NCBI GenBank assembly: GCA_042408215.1
Contig: JAYFMW010000008.1
Coordinates: forward strand, 64,001 to 128,000
Length of the DNA stretch: 64,000 bases
Source of the DNA: Microcoleus sp.
Lineage (GTDB): Bacteria; Cyanobacteriota; Cyanobacteriia; Cyanobacteriales; Microcoleaceae
Direction of reading: 5' to 3'
Under the pieces are notes generated by a model, which was given only the letters and a program-made list of their open reading frames with translations, was not told where the DNA came from and did not search any database. Numbering within the stretch: the stretch's first letter is position 1; each line of letters starts with the position of its first letter. Position numbers and translations under genes: made by a program. Shown piece after piece: positions 50,658 through 61,700 of the stretch.

Positions 50658-52457
50658 ATGTTAATAACTGACAAACTGCTACTTTCCTATCAGCGATGTA
50701 ATCTCCGAGCATTTTTAGACACATGGGGAGATTGGAAACAACAAGATCCACCAAGCGACTTTCTGCTAAAATTGATGCGCGACAGCGCCACATATCAGCA
50801 GCAAGCTTTAGAAAACGAGACTTACCAACAACCATATTATCCTAGAGGGGATTGGGCGGCTGGGGCGGCGGCTACTTTGAGTTTAATGCAGCAAGGAGTC
50901 GATCGCATTTATCGAGGAGTGATTTGTCAAGGTGAATTAGGAAAAACCAATGATAAAACAGCTTCTATCTTAGGAATTGACGGTCAATATTTGCCAGACA
51001 TCGGCGAAATTCCCGAAACTCCAGTCTATCTTTCATCCTCCATTCTACACTCTTCCGAAATCACCCTCGTCAGCCGCCCCCATTTATTAATTAAACAGCC
51101 GGGAGATTCCAAATTTGGCGATTGGAGTTATGCGACTGCCGATATTTGGCTGAGTAAGCGACCAAAACTAGATTATCAAATTATCGCAGCTTTTCACGCG
51201 CAAGTGTTAGCTTCCGTGCAGGGAATAATGCCCGAAACAGCGTGGTTGATGCTGCGAAAAAAAGGACTTTGGGCGGTGAATCTGTACCAGCGAATGCCTC
51301 AGATGTTCGAGATTTTGGATGAGTGCATTGAGATGTTAGAAAATCGGAATAAACCGGAGGTTTTCATTTCCAGGCAAAAGTGCACTCTTTGCGGTTGGTA
51401 TACCGTTTGTCACGCAGAAGCTGAATCTATTAAACACCTGTCGCTGTTACCGGGAGTTACGGCTAAGCGATATGCTATACTAAAAGTTCTAGGATTGACC
51501 GATTTAGCATCTTTGGCTAATGCTAATTCCGATTTATTGGCGAGTTATCCTGAGTTTGTCGCAGGAGTGGCCGTCGATGTGGTGCAGCAAGCGCGATCGA
51601 CTTTGTTGAATCAGCCGTTTGTGCGAGAGGAAGGAAGTTCGGCAGCGGATTTTGTAGCGGATTTAACGGATGTCACGGATAGAGGTTCGGCAGCGGATTT
51701 AATGGATGTCACGGATAGAGGTTCGGCAGAGACAGCGGTTAATCAGTTTATCAGAATACCAGAAGTTGCAGGAAATAGTTTAGTAATAGCTAAAATTGAG
51801 TCTGTAAAGACTACAGAAAATAAATCTGCTAAACTTTCTATACCTGCGCCAATTCTCCGCCCGAAACCAATTCCGTATTCCCAATCAGTGTTTTTGCCGA
51901 TCGCACCCATCGAACTTTACTTTGACATTGAAGCCGAACCAGAATTAAACCTAGATTACCTCCACGGAGTCTTAGTCGTTGATAGGTACAATAAAACGGA
52001 AAAATTCCACGGATTTCTAGCAGAAAGTGCCGCAGAAGAAGGAGCGGCTTGGGAACAATTTTTAGAATTAATGTGGACTTATCCCATTGCTCCTATTTTC
52101 CACTTTTGCGACTACGAAGTCAAGACTTTTAAGCGATTGGCAAAACTTTACAACACTCCAGCATATCTGTGGAAACCTGTGCTCAAACGCTTTGTAGATA
52201 TCCACAAATATGTTACCCAAAAAGCGATTATGCCGGTAGAAAGTTATGCACTTAAACCGATCGCCCGCTGGCTGGGTTTTGAGTGGCGAGATGCTAAGGC
52301 TAATGGTGCTCAGTGTGTCTGCTGGTATGACGATTGGCTCAAAACGGGCGATCGATCGATCTTGGAGGCGATCGTCCGATACAATGAGGATGACTGTCGT
52401 GCTACTTATGTGGTTAAGGATTGGTTGACGAATTTTTTGCTGGATCATCAATCTTGA
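50658..52457 (+). CDS. TM0106-family RecB-like nuclease with RNase H-like C-terminus
   Basis: CTLCGWYTVC, LYFDIE, SYALK, YNEDDCRAT. Confidence 0.9.
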   Translation: MLITDKLLLSYQRCNLRAFLDTWGDWKQQDPPSDFLLKLMRDSATYQQQALENETYQQPYYPRGDWAAGAAATLSLMQQGVDRIYRGVICQGELGKTNDKTASILGIDGQYLPDIGEIPETPVYLSSSILHSSEITLVSRPHLLIKQPGDSKFGDWSYATADIWLSKRPKLDYQIIAAFHAQVLASVQGIMPETAWLMLRKKGLWAVNLYQRMPQMFEILDECIEMLENRNKPEVFISRQKCTLCGWYTVCHAEAESIKHLSLLPGVTAKRYAILKVLGLTDLASLANANSDLLASYPEFVAGVAVDVVQQARSTLLNQPFVREEGSSAADFVADLTDVTDRGSAADLMDVTDRGSAETAVNQFIRIPEVAGNSLVIAKIESVKTTENKSAKLSIPAPILRPKPIPYSQSVFLPIAPIELYFDIEAEPELNLDYLHGVLVVDRYNKTEKFHGFLAESAAEEGAAWEQFLELMWTYPIAPIFHFCDYEVKTFKRLAKLYNTPAYLWKPVLKRFVDIHKYVTQKAIMPVESYALKPIARWLGFEWRDAKANGAQCVCWYDDWLKTGDRSILEAIVRYNEDDCRATYVVKDWLTNFLLDHQS

Positions 52458-52480
52458 ATTTATGATTTAAGAAAAAGACT

Positions 52481-52528
52481 CGGCGGTTGAAACCGCGTCT
52501 ACACAAACGAAGTCCGCCTGCGCGGACT
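52481..52528 (+). repeat. REP-like unit GGCGGTTGAAACCGCG..AGTCCGC..GCGGACT
   Basis: Also at 43738, 44078 and 58241. Confidence 0.8.
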
Positions 52529-52566
52529 GAAGAGAGTTTTAGGATCATAATTTAGTTATTGGTAAA

Positions 52567-53694
52567 ATGCGAAAGTCAGCCAAATTAATTCTATTTGTTT
52601 TCGGCATTTTGATAGCAGCCACTGTTGCTATTTTTGTCGGTATGTCAGCCAAATCTTTCGCTGTTACTCAAATAGATTTTATCGGTAGGGCGATATTTCC
52701 GACTGGTTCTCCGTTTGGGGGGACGGAAATTGGCGGACTTTCTGGCATTACTTATGATGCTGACAAACAAGTTTATTATGCTATATCAGACGATCGCAGC
52801 AGCCAGGCTCCGGCGCGTTTCTATTCTCTCAAAATTAACTGGCAATCTGGTAAGCTGGAACAAGATAAAATTGTTTTTACTGGTGTTACTACTTTATTAG
52901 ATGAGAACGGCAAAAGTTTTCCAGAATTAAGTTTAGATCCTGAAGGGATAGCTTTTAGCGGAAACAGTGTGTTTGTTTCTTCTGAGGGTGATGTCGATCG
53001 CCGAATCAATCCCTTCATCAAAGAATTCTCCCTAGATGGTAAGCTGCTCAAAACTCTGCTAATTCCTGACCTATTTTTGCCGGATGACAAAGGCACTAAA
53101 GGCATTCGTAACAATCTAGCTTTTGAAAGTTTGACTTTGACGCCAGACAAAAAATATCTATTTACAGCCACAGAAAATGCCTTGGTTCAAGATGGCGCAG
53201 TACCTTTGTTGCAAAGTGGCAGTCCGTGCCGGATTTTGCGATATGATGCGGTTAGTGGCAATCCAGGGCGATCGTTTCTGTACATCACCGAACCGCTACC
53301 AGTGGGCGCAAATCCTGCGGGAAAGTTAACTACCAACGGTTTAGTGGATTTATTGGCGATCGACGAAAATCGCTTGTTGAGTTTAGAGCGTGGTTTCTCT
53401 CTGGAAACTGGAACTACTATTAAGCTTTTTGAGATTTCTCTGGAAAAGAGCGATCGCATCGAAGGACTCGAAAGCCTCAAAAGCCGTCTCAGCGAGCTTT
53501 CTCCCGCTCAAAAACGGCTGCTGCTGGATTTTGACACCCTGAAAATTCCCTTAGACAATATTGAGGGCTTGACATTGGGCCCGGTTTTAGGCGACGGTAG
53601 CAGAGGTCTGATTTTGGTGAGTGACAACAACTTCAGCCCGTTGCAGGAGACTCAGATTTTGGGCTTCAAAATAAAAGTTCAAAAAACCTCTTGA
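52567..53694 (+). CDS. Esterase-like activity of phytase family protein
   Basis: GGLSGI, ISDD, DPEGI, NLAFESL, DNIEG, SDNNF. Confidence 0.9.
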   Translation: MRKSAKLILFVFGILIAATVAIFVGMSAKSFAVTQIDFIGRAIFPTGSPFGGTEIGGLSGITYDADKQVYYAISDDRSSQAPARFYSLKINWQSGKLEQDKIVFTGVTTLLDENGKSFPELSLDPEGIAFSGNSVFVSSEGDVDRRINPFIKEFSLDGKLLKTLLIPDLFLPDDKGTKGIRNNLAFESLTLTPDKKYLFTATENALVQDGAVPLLQSGSPCRILRYDAVSGNPGRSFLYITEPLPVGANPAGKLTTNGLVDLLAIDENRLLSLERGFSLETGTTIKLFEISLEKSDRIEGLESLKSRLSELSPAQKRLLLDFDTLKIPLDNIEGLTLGPVLGDGSRGLILVSDNNFSPLQETQILGFKIKVQKTS

Positions 53695-53719
53695 CAAATG
53701 GTGCGGTCATAGGCATAAT
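53691..53719 (+). promoter_or_regulatory. Sigma70-type promoter for tRNA-Asp
   Basis: TTGACA-17 nt-CATAAT. Confidence 0.7.
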
Positions 53720-53751
53720 AGAAATTGTGCCTGAAAAAAAGGCAAAAACGA

Positions 53752-53825
53752 GGGACAGTAGTTCAATTGGTTAGAGCACCGCCCTGTCACGGCGGAAGTT
53801 GCGGGTTCGAGCCCCGTCTGTCCCG
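53752..53825 (+). tRNA. trnD: tRNA-Asp(GTC)
   Basis: GGGACAG/CTGTCCC acceptor stem, anticodon loop CTGTCAC, GGTTCGAG T-loop; CCA not encoded. Confidence 0.97.
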
Positions 53826-53889
53826 TTCTCTCGTAGTAAAGTTTCTACGGTTTTGATAAGTTGTTTTCTGGGTTAAGCAGGACGGAAAT

Positions 53890-54555
53890 ATGACTATTAC
53901 GATCATTCATCCCTCCCCAGAAAAAATTACACAACGGGTGGTATTATCCAATATCAGTTGGCAGACTTACGAAAGCTTATTAGCAGAATCTGGAGACAAG
54001 AGATCCTCGCGATTTTCCTATTCTCAAGGAGTCCTAGAAATTATCATGCCATCAGATCTGCACGAAACTGTTAATTGTTTACTCAGACAGTTTGTAACTA
54101 CTTTAAGCGATGAATTAAAGTTGAAACGTAAGGGATTTGGTTCGACAACTCTCAACCGTGAAGATTTAAAACAAGGTGCAGAACCTGATTCCTGTTTTTA
54201 TATTCAAAATGTCGATCGCATTCTAGGGAAAAGACTTGACATCTCAACAGATCCCCCCCCAGACTTGGTGATTGAAGTTGATATTACCAGTCCCTCTTCT
54301 AATCGATTTGTAGTTTATACACAGCTAGGAATTCCTGAAGTTTGGCGGTATCGATCGCAAACTGTACAAATTTATCAATTGCAAAACCGGGAATATATTA
54401 CCTGCGATCGCAGTCCGACATTTCCGATTCTTTCTGTAGCAATGCTCAATCAACTTTTGCAGATGGCAGAAACTCAAGATGATAATGCCATAATTCGCTC
54501 TTTGCGTCAATGGGTGAGGGCACAGTTGCGATCGCCCGAAAATCAGCAAGAGTAG
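53890..54555 (+). CDS. Uma2/DUF820 protein
   Basis: ISWQTYE, EPDSCFY, PPDLVIEVD, GIPEVW. Confidence 0.92.
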   Translation: MTITIIHPSPEKITQRVVLSNISWQTYESLLAESGDKRSSRFSYSQGVLEIIMPSDLHETVNCLLRQFVTTLSDELKLKRKGFGSTTLNREDLKQGAEPDSCFYIQNVDRILGKRLDISTDPPPDLVIEVDITSPSSNRFVVYTQLGIPEVWRYRSQTVQIYQLQNREYITCDRSPTFPILSVAMLNQLLQMAETQDDNAIIRSLRQWVRAQLRSPENQQE

Positions 54556-54560
54556 TTAAT

Positions 54561-55052
54561 TTAAACCTCATCATTCACCCGACAACGACTCGGATTTTCG
54601 CACTCAATGCGTTTAGCCCGATCGCCCATAACGGTTGCTAAATCCGGCCTTCCTGTCAAAGGTAGTCGCCAATGGGCCCAAATTCCGTACAGCCAATTGG
54701 CGATCGCCCCAACAATCGGTAACTTAGTCACAGCATAGATCCAACCCATCCCTAAAATCTCATAGATGCGCCGGAAAACCTCTACATTTTTAATGGTTGT
54801 ACCGTCGGGTAATACCGCGTGAATCCGCCCCATTGCTGTTTCATAGTCTATTCCGCCGTGGGCTTCGGGGTTGTAGCGATCGTCCGCAATATCCACAAAT
54901 GCCACCAAACCTCGGCCCGCATCCCGTTTCTTCAAAAAATTGACTTCTCGCACGCACAGGGGGCATTGACCGTCGTACAGGAGCTCAATTTGCCAGGATG
55001 GTACAGGCTTAATCTCGACAGATTCGGGAAATTCAGTTTGAGAAGTAGACAT
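54561..55052 (-). CDS. DCC family (DUF393) thiol-disulfide oxidoreductase
   Basis: LLYDGQCPLC (DxxCxxC). Confidence 0.92.
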   Translation of the reverse strand: MSTSQTEFPESVEIKPVPSWQIELLYDGQCPLCVREVNFLKKRDAGRGLVAFVDIADDRYNPEAHGGIDYETAMGRIHAVLPDGTTIKNVEVFRRIYEILGMGWIYAVTKLPIVGAIANWLYGIWAHWRLPLTGRPDLATVMGDRAKRIECENPSRCRVNDEV

Positions 55053-55645
55053 AGGTAAAATGCGATCGCTGGGAGTAGAAACAGACGTGCATAAGTATTT
55101 TACAATAATTAACAGTTATGAATGATTAAACCGCAGAGGACGCAGAGAACGCGGAGGAAGAGAAGAGAGAGATCGATAATTCGGATGCCGATGGATTTAA
55201 TATCATAAGGCGCTCATTGTCGGACTTGCATGGCAGTTGTTTCTGTAGTTATGGACGCACAAACACCTTCATAACCGGGTTTTTCATTCTTAGTTAAAGG
55301 TCGGGATGTAGTATTTTTATCAAAAAAACCAGGTTTCTGTCTACAGGACTATTTAGGATCGATCGCCCTTAATGCTAGTATCATCAGGATGTCGCCTGCT
55401 GCGTTGCCGAAAACTGTAGCTCGATCGCTCGATGCCCTATACTCAAACTCATATCTTGCACCATTCTTGCTTAACAGGCTGTCCGGCCTGTTCCACAACC
55501 TGCACCATTCTTGCTTAACAGGCTCTCCGGCTTGTTCCACAAAGAGTGAATTTGATTAGCGACAAAATATACTAAAATTTGTAGTCTGAGCAACAGCCAA
55601 GTCAAGCGCCAGCAAATTACCCCAAATCTCAAAGCAAAAATCTAC

Positions 55646-58144
55646 ATGAACGTCAGAGTCCGTCTAGCCCCCAGCCCCACCGGAAACCTACACATCGGTA
55701 CAGCCAGAACCGCCGTATTCAACTGGCTATTTGCTCGCAATCAAGGCGGCCAATTCATCCTGCGGGTAGAAGACACAGACTTAGAACGTTCCAAGAGCGA
55801 ATACACTGACAATATCCTCGAAGGACTAACTTGGTTGGGGATGAAGTGGGATGAAGGCCCAATTTTCCAGTCCCAGCGTTTGGAAGCATACCGCCAAACC
55901 GTCCAAACTCTCCTAGACAAAGGACTCGCCTACCGCTGCTACACCACGTCAGCCGAACTTGACGAAATGCGGGAAGCACAAAAAGCCAATAAACAAGCTC
56001 CCCGCTATGATAACCGCCACCGCAATCTGACTCCCGAACAGCGCGAAGCTTTTGAAGCCGAAGGGCGGCAAGCTGTGATTCGGTTTATCATTGAGGACGA
56101 TCGCACTATATCTTGGCACGACATGGTACGCGATACTGTTACCTGGAAAGGTAGCGACCTCGGCGGCGATATGGTAATTGCTAGGGCTTCCATCGGCGGC
56201 GACATTGGCCAGCCTCTCTACAACCTCGCTGTAGTCGTTGATGATATCGACATGGCCATTACCCACGTCATCCGTGGCGAAGATCATATCGGTAATACTC
56301 CCAAACAAATCTTGCTTTACGAAGCTTTGGGGGCGACAATCCCAGAATTTGCTCACACGCCATTGATTTTAAATTCCCAAGGACAAAAACTTTCTAAACG
56401 GGATGGGGTTACCTCGATTTCTGACTTTAAAGATATGGGCTATCTCCCCGAAGCTTTGGTCAATTACATGACTTTGCTGGGTTGGACTCCGCCGGATTCA
56501 ACGCAAGAAATATTTACACTCTCCGAAGCTGCGGCTGTATTTAGTTGCGATCGAGTTAACAAAGCTGGTGCAAAATTTGATTGGGATAAACTTAACTGGC
56601 TAAATAGTCAATACCTGCACAAAATGCCGGTGCCGCAATTGACTGATTTACTGATACCTTATTGGCAGAAAGCCGGTTATGAATTTGACGCTGCGGTCGA
56701 TCGCCCTTGGCTCGAACAAATAGCTGCTTTAATCAGCCAAAGTCTGGTGCGCTTAACCGATGCTGTCGATATGTGCAAGTTGTTCTTCTCTACTACGGTG
56801 GAATACGAAGAAGATGCGATCGCACAATTGCAGCAGCCAAAGGTAGCAGAGGCTTTGCTTGCTGTTCTAGAAGTTGTGGAAAGTCATGCAACGCTGACAT
56901 CAGCCGAAGCTCAGAAAATCACTAAAAAGCTCAGTAAAGAGAAAAATCTTAACAAAGGGCTAATTATGCGATCGCTCCGAGCGGCTTTGACCGGCGCAAT
57001 GCACGGCCCCGACCTGATAGAATCTTGGGTAATCCTTCACCAGCGGGGAACGGCTCAAACCCGCTTACAAGAGGCTATTAGCAACTTGAATTTGCCGCTT
57101 GTTGCTGTCGTGGCCCCAACTTCAACCCCAGAACAAGCAAACGCGGAAACAGCCGCTGAAACTCTGGCCCCTGAACAGCCAGCAGCAGAGGTAACAGCAG
57201 TCGAAAAACAGTCTGTTGAAACCGACCCAGTAGCGGTGACAGCAGTCGAGATCTCGGCTGTTGAAACAGTCGAAAAATCGACTCCAGAAGCCGCAGAAGC
57301 GGAGGTTTCAACAGTCGAAATACCGGCATTTGAAGCAGTCGGAGCCGAGGTTTCAACTGTCGAAATACCGCAGGTTGAAGCAGCAGAAGCTGAGGTTTCA
57401 ACAGTCGAAATACCGCAGGTTGAAGCAGTCGGAGCCGAGGTTTCAACAGTCGAAATACCGCAGGTTGAAGCAGCAGAAGCTGAGGTTTCAACAGTCGAAA
57501 TACCGGCTGTTGAAGCCACAGAAGCTGAGGTTTCAACAGTCGAAATACCGCAAGTTGAAGCTGTCGTAGCTGAGGTTTCAACTGTCGAAATACCGCAAGT
57601 TGAAGCTGTCGTAGCTGAGGTTTCAACTGTCGAAATACCGCAAGTTGAAGCAGCAGAAGCAGTTGAAATAGCTGTCGCCCACCAACCAGAAACTATTGCG
57701 AGTGGAGAAATGACTTCATCAAACGAACCAGAAACAACTGTTACTATCACCGAAGTTTCTTCGGGGACTGATCCAGAAAGTGCGATCGGTACAACAAAAG
57801 TTACCGTCACCGAAGAACCGCCAAGTCAGACTCAGCAGATAAAAGAACAAATTATCTCAATTTTGTCTGAACTTCCCGCTTATATCGGCGGCTTTTACGA
57901 ACAATACAAAAGTCCCTTGACAGTTGTAGGCTTAATTATCGTCTCAATTATCTCTTTGAAAGTGCTTTTGGGCGTAGTAGATGAACTCAACGATATTCCG
58001 CTGCTAGCACCTACATTCGAGCTAATTGGTATCGGATATACTGCGTGGTTTGTCTATCGGTATTTGCTGCGCTCTTCTAACCGTCAACAATTAGGTCAAG
58101 AAATTCAAGCCATAAAAGAACAAATTTTCGGCAAAAATTCCTAG
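55646..58144 (+). CDS. gltX: Glutamyl-tRNA synthetase fused via an acidic repeat linker to a CAAD/CURT1 membrane domain
   Basis: [17 protein letters not shown]-terminal [25 protein letters not shown]. Confidence 0.96.
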   Translation: MNVRVRLAPSPTGNLHIGTARTAVFNWLFARNQGGQFILRVEDTDLERSKSEYTDNILEGLTWLGMKWDEGPIFQSQRLEAYRQTVQTLLDKGLAYRCYTTSAELDEMREAQKANKQAPRYDNRHRNLTPEQREAFEAEGRQAVIRFIIEDDRTISWHDMVRDTVTWKGSDLGGDMVIARASIGGDIGQPLYNLAVVVDDIDMAITHVIRGEDHIGNTPKQILLYEALGATIPEFAHTPLILNSQGQKLSKRDGVTSISDFKDMGYLPEALVNYMTLLGWTPPDSTQEIFTLSEAAAVFSCDRVNKAGAKFDWDKLNWLNSQYLHKMPVPQLTDLLIPYWQKAGYEFDAAVDRPWLEQIAALISQSLVRLTDAVDMCKLFFSTTVEYEEDAIAQLQQPKVAEALLAVLEVVESHATLTSAEAQKITKKLSKEKNLNKGLIMRSLRAALTGAMHGPDLIESWVILHQRGTAQTRLQEAISNLNLPLVAVVAPTSTPEQANAETAAETLAPEQPAAEVTAVEKQSVETDPVAVTAVEISAVETVEKSTPEAAEAEVSTVEIPAFEAVGAEVSTVEIPQVEAAEAEVSTVEIPQVEAVGAEVSTVEIPQVEAAEAEVSTVEIPAVEATEAEVSTVEIPQVEAVVAEVSTVEIPQVEAVVAEVSTVEIPQVEAAEAVEIAVAHQPETIASGEMTSSNEPETTVTITEVSSGTDPESAIGTTKVTVTEEPPSQTQQIKEQIISILSELPAYIGGFYEQYKSPLTVVGLIIVSIISLKVLLGVVDELNDIPLLAPTFELIGIGYTAWFVYRYLLRSSNRQQLGQEIQAIKEQIFGKNS
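57299..57658 (+). repeat. 8 x 45-bp coding repeat ([15 protein letters not shown])
   Basis: Counted from translation and DNA. Confidence 0.92.
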
Positions 58145-58400
58145 ATTTTTGCTAGAAATTGCTGAATTTGTGCCCGATACTGACAATTTTAAATGAGTTG
58201 TCAGTGTCGGTTTTTTTAGGGATTTTTTTAATAGATGATTCGGCGATTGAAATCGCTACTACACAAACGAAGTCCGAGCAGAGAGGGACTAAGAAATAAC
58301 CCATAATATCAAGTCCGCTTGAGTAGTTGTCATTCTGAGAGAAGCGAAGCATCTCCGAGATGGTTCGCTACACTGCGTTGCGATTGACTTATGACAAGTA

Positions 58401-58693
58401 ATATCAAATCCTCTCTTCATCGGAATAGTAAATTTGAGTTATACCAATTTAATAGGTCGTTGCATATATTTCTATCCCCCTAAATCCCCCTTAATAAGGG
58501 AGTAGGGTGTGAGTAGGGGGTGACGAAAGACCACCCTCTTGTCCCACCCCCTACTCCCCTTATTAAGGGGGGTTAGGGGGGATCAGATTCTATGCAGCCT
58601 CATAAAAAATTGGTATTAACCGTCAACTGTCAACTGTCAACCGTCAACCGTCAACCGTCAACAATCATCTCTGAGTGCCACCGGAATTGATAT
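58401..58693 (-). mobile_element. MITE-like repeat (inverse of the 2666 copy) interrupted by a second MITE
   Basis: CATCGGAATAGTAAATTTGAGTT matches the reverse complement of 2773-2796. Confidence 0.75.
58442..58615. mobile_element. MITE with TACCAATT/AATTGGTA TIRs and TTA target duplication
   Basis: TTA at 58439-58441 and 58616-58618. Confidence 0.85.
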
Positions 58694-58726
58694 AACAACT
58701 AATAACAACTAACAACTAACTAATGA

Positions 58727-61700
58727 CTAAACTCCAGTAGCAGTAAAAGCAGCCCAGTAATAAGGATTAGCAAAAGGATGAGGTTTGCGGTTGCGAATTA
58801 GTTGCAAAGAAGCTTCAGCACTCAGGCGAGAACTTTGAGGAAGCCGATCGAACATTTGGGAAATTTGAGGTTGAAAATCCGCCAAAAGCAGCTCCAATTC
58901 GTCGCCTGTCAAATCCCGCAACCACCTCTGAGCATCATTGAGAGCGTGAGCCACATCTCCCACCTGCAACCTCGAAAACCGTCCCAGATTTTCATAAAAC
59001 TTGCCGATCAGCAACAGGGTTGAAACATCATTCAGCTTCCAAAGACTGCTGACAACACTAGATGTGCCAGCATACAGCAAACCCGCCGACAAACCAACAA
59101 AATCTCCACCAACTGCGAAAGATCCCGCAGTAATTTCGCAAGCAGATAAAGTTACTAAAAAGTATTGCCTAAAATCCAGATTAAATATTTCCTCTAAGCT
59201 CAAAAAATCCTCTGTCAAACCTAGTCCAGATTTCAGTGGAATCGCCAAATTTAGCAAACTAAAACAAGCAAAGTGAGCGCACTTTCTCTGCGGTAACTCC
59301 CAGGCTTTCCCGGTCAAATTTCCCGGATGATTAGCAGCAATTGCACTGCTAACATTTTGTTTAGTCGCCTGCTTCTGGCGCACAACTTCCGCACCAGGAA
59401 AATACTGGCAAATATTGGCGACTTCAATATTGCTGTAGAGCGAATCTTTAGTAAAATTGGGAACAGCCAAAAGTTGCTGCAACCGTGGTCTTGATTGGTC
59501 TATTGCCCCCCTGCGGGCGATTTGTTTCAACCGCAATAGCTGACAGCTAGGAGCATAGCGAATGCCTCCTGTAAATCGATCGATCAAATAAGCAGCAGGC
59601 GGTTGAATGTCGCCAAAAGACCAACCTTGAAATAAATCTGAACTGCTTGAGGTTGACAAATCCCAACCGCTACGATCGCCCCAAGGAGCTCTAAAACTTC
59701 CTGAACCCCGATCGAACCTCTTTCTGTCCCCTAAAGGCAAAGCATGAAGTGGCAAAGCGTGCAAAGATCGGTGAGGGACAAAAATCAGTCGATCGCAAGA
59801 GTCAGGAATCAGCGAGACTACTCGGTCTATTTCCAGCAGCGAAGCTAAGCGGGTGAGTCGATCGGGGAGATGATTGATCCAGCGACCTTTTTGTTCAGAA
59901 TAAGCGCTGAGATACTCCTGAACCCAACCTTCCAAAGCCAAAGCATTTTTGGGCGAACACAGGTGTACAGCGGGATACTCGGCACCAGCAGTCACCACAA
60001 AAGCGACCAGCAGCTCGCCCAAACTAGCCCACACCACCGCAGCACTATTGCGATCTAACAATTCCCGAATTTGCTGAAATTCGATCGGTTCAACTTTGCG
60101 AGTTAGGCTGAAGAAAGGGTCGATCGGCTCCACCTCACTCTCGATCAAGGCGTCAAACTGCCGCCACAATTGATTCAGGTGCGTCAAGTCTGAGCAAGGA
60201 AGCAGAGAACCGCTGTTGAAACCCTGGCTGTCATCCCCGGAGGAAATCACAACTCTTGGAAAACACCCCGGCCCATCGGGAGTCGAGTGTTGTTGCTGCT
60301 GACGTTCGGCTGCGATTTGCAGTTGCAGGTACTCGAACTCGCCTCGAACGGCTGCGGACATTTCAACTCTAGGAGTCAGGTGGCATTTAATCAGCAATTC
60401 TACCCAATTCAGAGCTTTGTAGCGCTCTGCGTATTCCAGAGCCCTAGCATAATATTGGGGTTCGGTGGCACCTTGTTTCAGACAAACTTGCAGCAAGCAT
60501 TTGTAAAGTTCAGTCCAGGTTTGAGCTCTGTTGAGTTTCCCGATACTTGGTCGATCGCCCAAATTGAGCGAATCGCCGACTGCTTCGCAGCGCAAAAATT
60601 CAACTGTATCGACAGCAGCAGCAAAAACATGGTAAGCCCGGAGTAATTCGCCTTGAGTTTGGTAAACCTGACCCAAATAAAATGAAGTAAGAGCCCAGCG
60701 GTGCGGAGCAGTTTCGCGAGTGTAGACAAGACCTGCACTTTCATAGCAGGCGATCGCGCTTTCCTGGTGAGGGGAGTTGTCGCGCTCCGTCAATGCCGCA
60801 AAAGCTCGACCGAGATAGGTTTGCAGCATCGCCCAGCGTTCGGGAACAATGGAGCGGGTGTAGACTTGCAAGGCATTTTGATAACAGGCGATCGCGCTTT
60901 TGAGGTTACGGTTTCTTTCCCCTTTCAGATGTTCGCTCAAAGCGTGGCCGAGGTAGGCACACAGCATGGCCCAGCGATCGGGAGACTTTTGGCGGTTGTA
61001 AAACAGCAAAGCATTTTGGTAGCAGGCGATCGCCATTTCCAGATTTTCGGCCCGCTCCCCTTTGAGCCTCCGATTGTAAACCCTGCCGAGGGAAGTTTGG
61101 AGCGAAGCCCAGCGTTCGGGAAACCTGATCCGAGTGTACACTTGCAAAGCATTTTGATAGCAGGCCATCGCGCTTTCCAAATTTTCTACGGGATCGCCTT
61201 TAAGGCGATCGATCAACACCCGGCCCAAATTGCCGTGAGTCGTCGCCCACTGCAACGGAAAAGCTTCTGGAGTGCGTATTTGCAAAGCTCTGTGATAACA
61301 GTATATGGCGTATTCCAGATTTTCGGCTCGGTTGCCCAGCAGGCGATCGCAGTAAGCATTTGCCAAATTATTTTCAGTGGTTGCCCAGCGCCGGGGAAAC
61401 GACTGGCGGTTGTAGACTTGCAGGGCATTTTGATAGCAGGCGATCGCCAGTTCCAGATTTTCGGCCCTGTCGCCTCGCAGGCGACGACTGTAAGCACGGC
61501 CGAGATTATTTTGAGTGCTGGCCCACTCTTCCCCGAAAATCTCGCGGGTGCGAACTCGCAACGCATTTTGATAGCAGGCGATTGCCTTTTCCAGGTTTTC
61601 TACTGGCTCTCCTCTCTGGCGATCGCTGTAAGCGCTGCCGAGATTATTTTGTAGCATCGCCCACTGTTCCGGGTACTGTTGGGGAGTACGGAAGGCGAGA

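Noticed and set aside
53752..54555. Integrative element at tRNA-Asp
   Set aside because: No integrase and no duplicated tRNA 3' end seen in the window
57055..57810. Minus-strand and alternate-frame repeat ORFs
   Set aside because: Shadows of the gltX linker repeat
60701..61654. 317-aa plus-strand ORF
   Set aside because: Antisense to the TPR repeats of the CHAT gene; no independent motif
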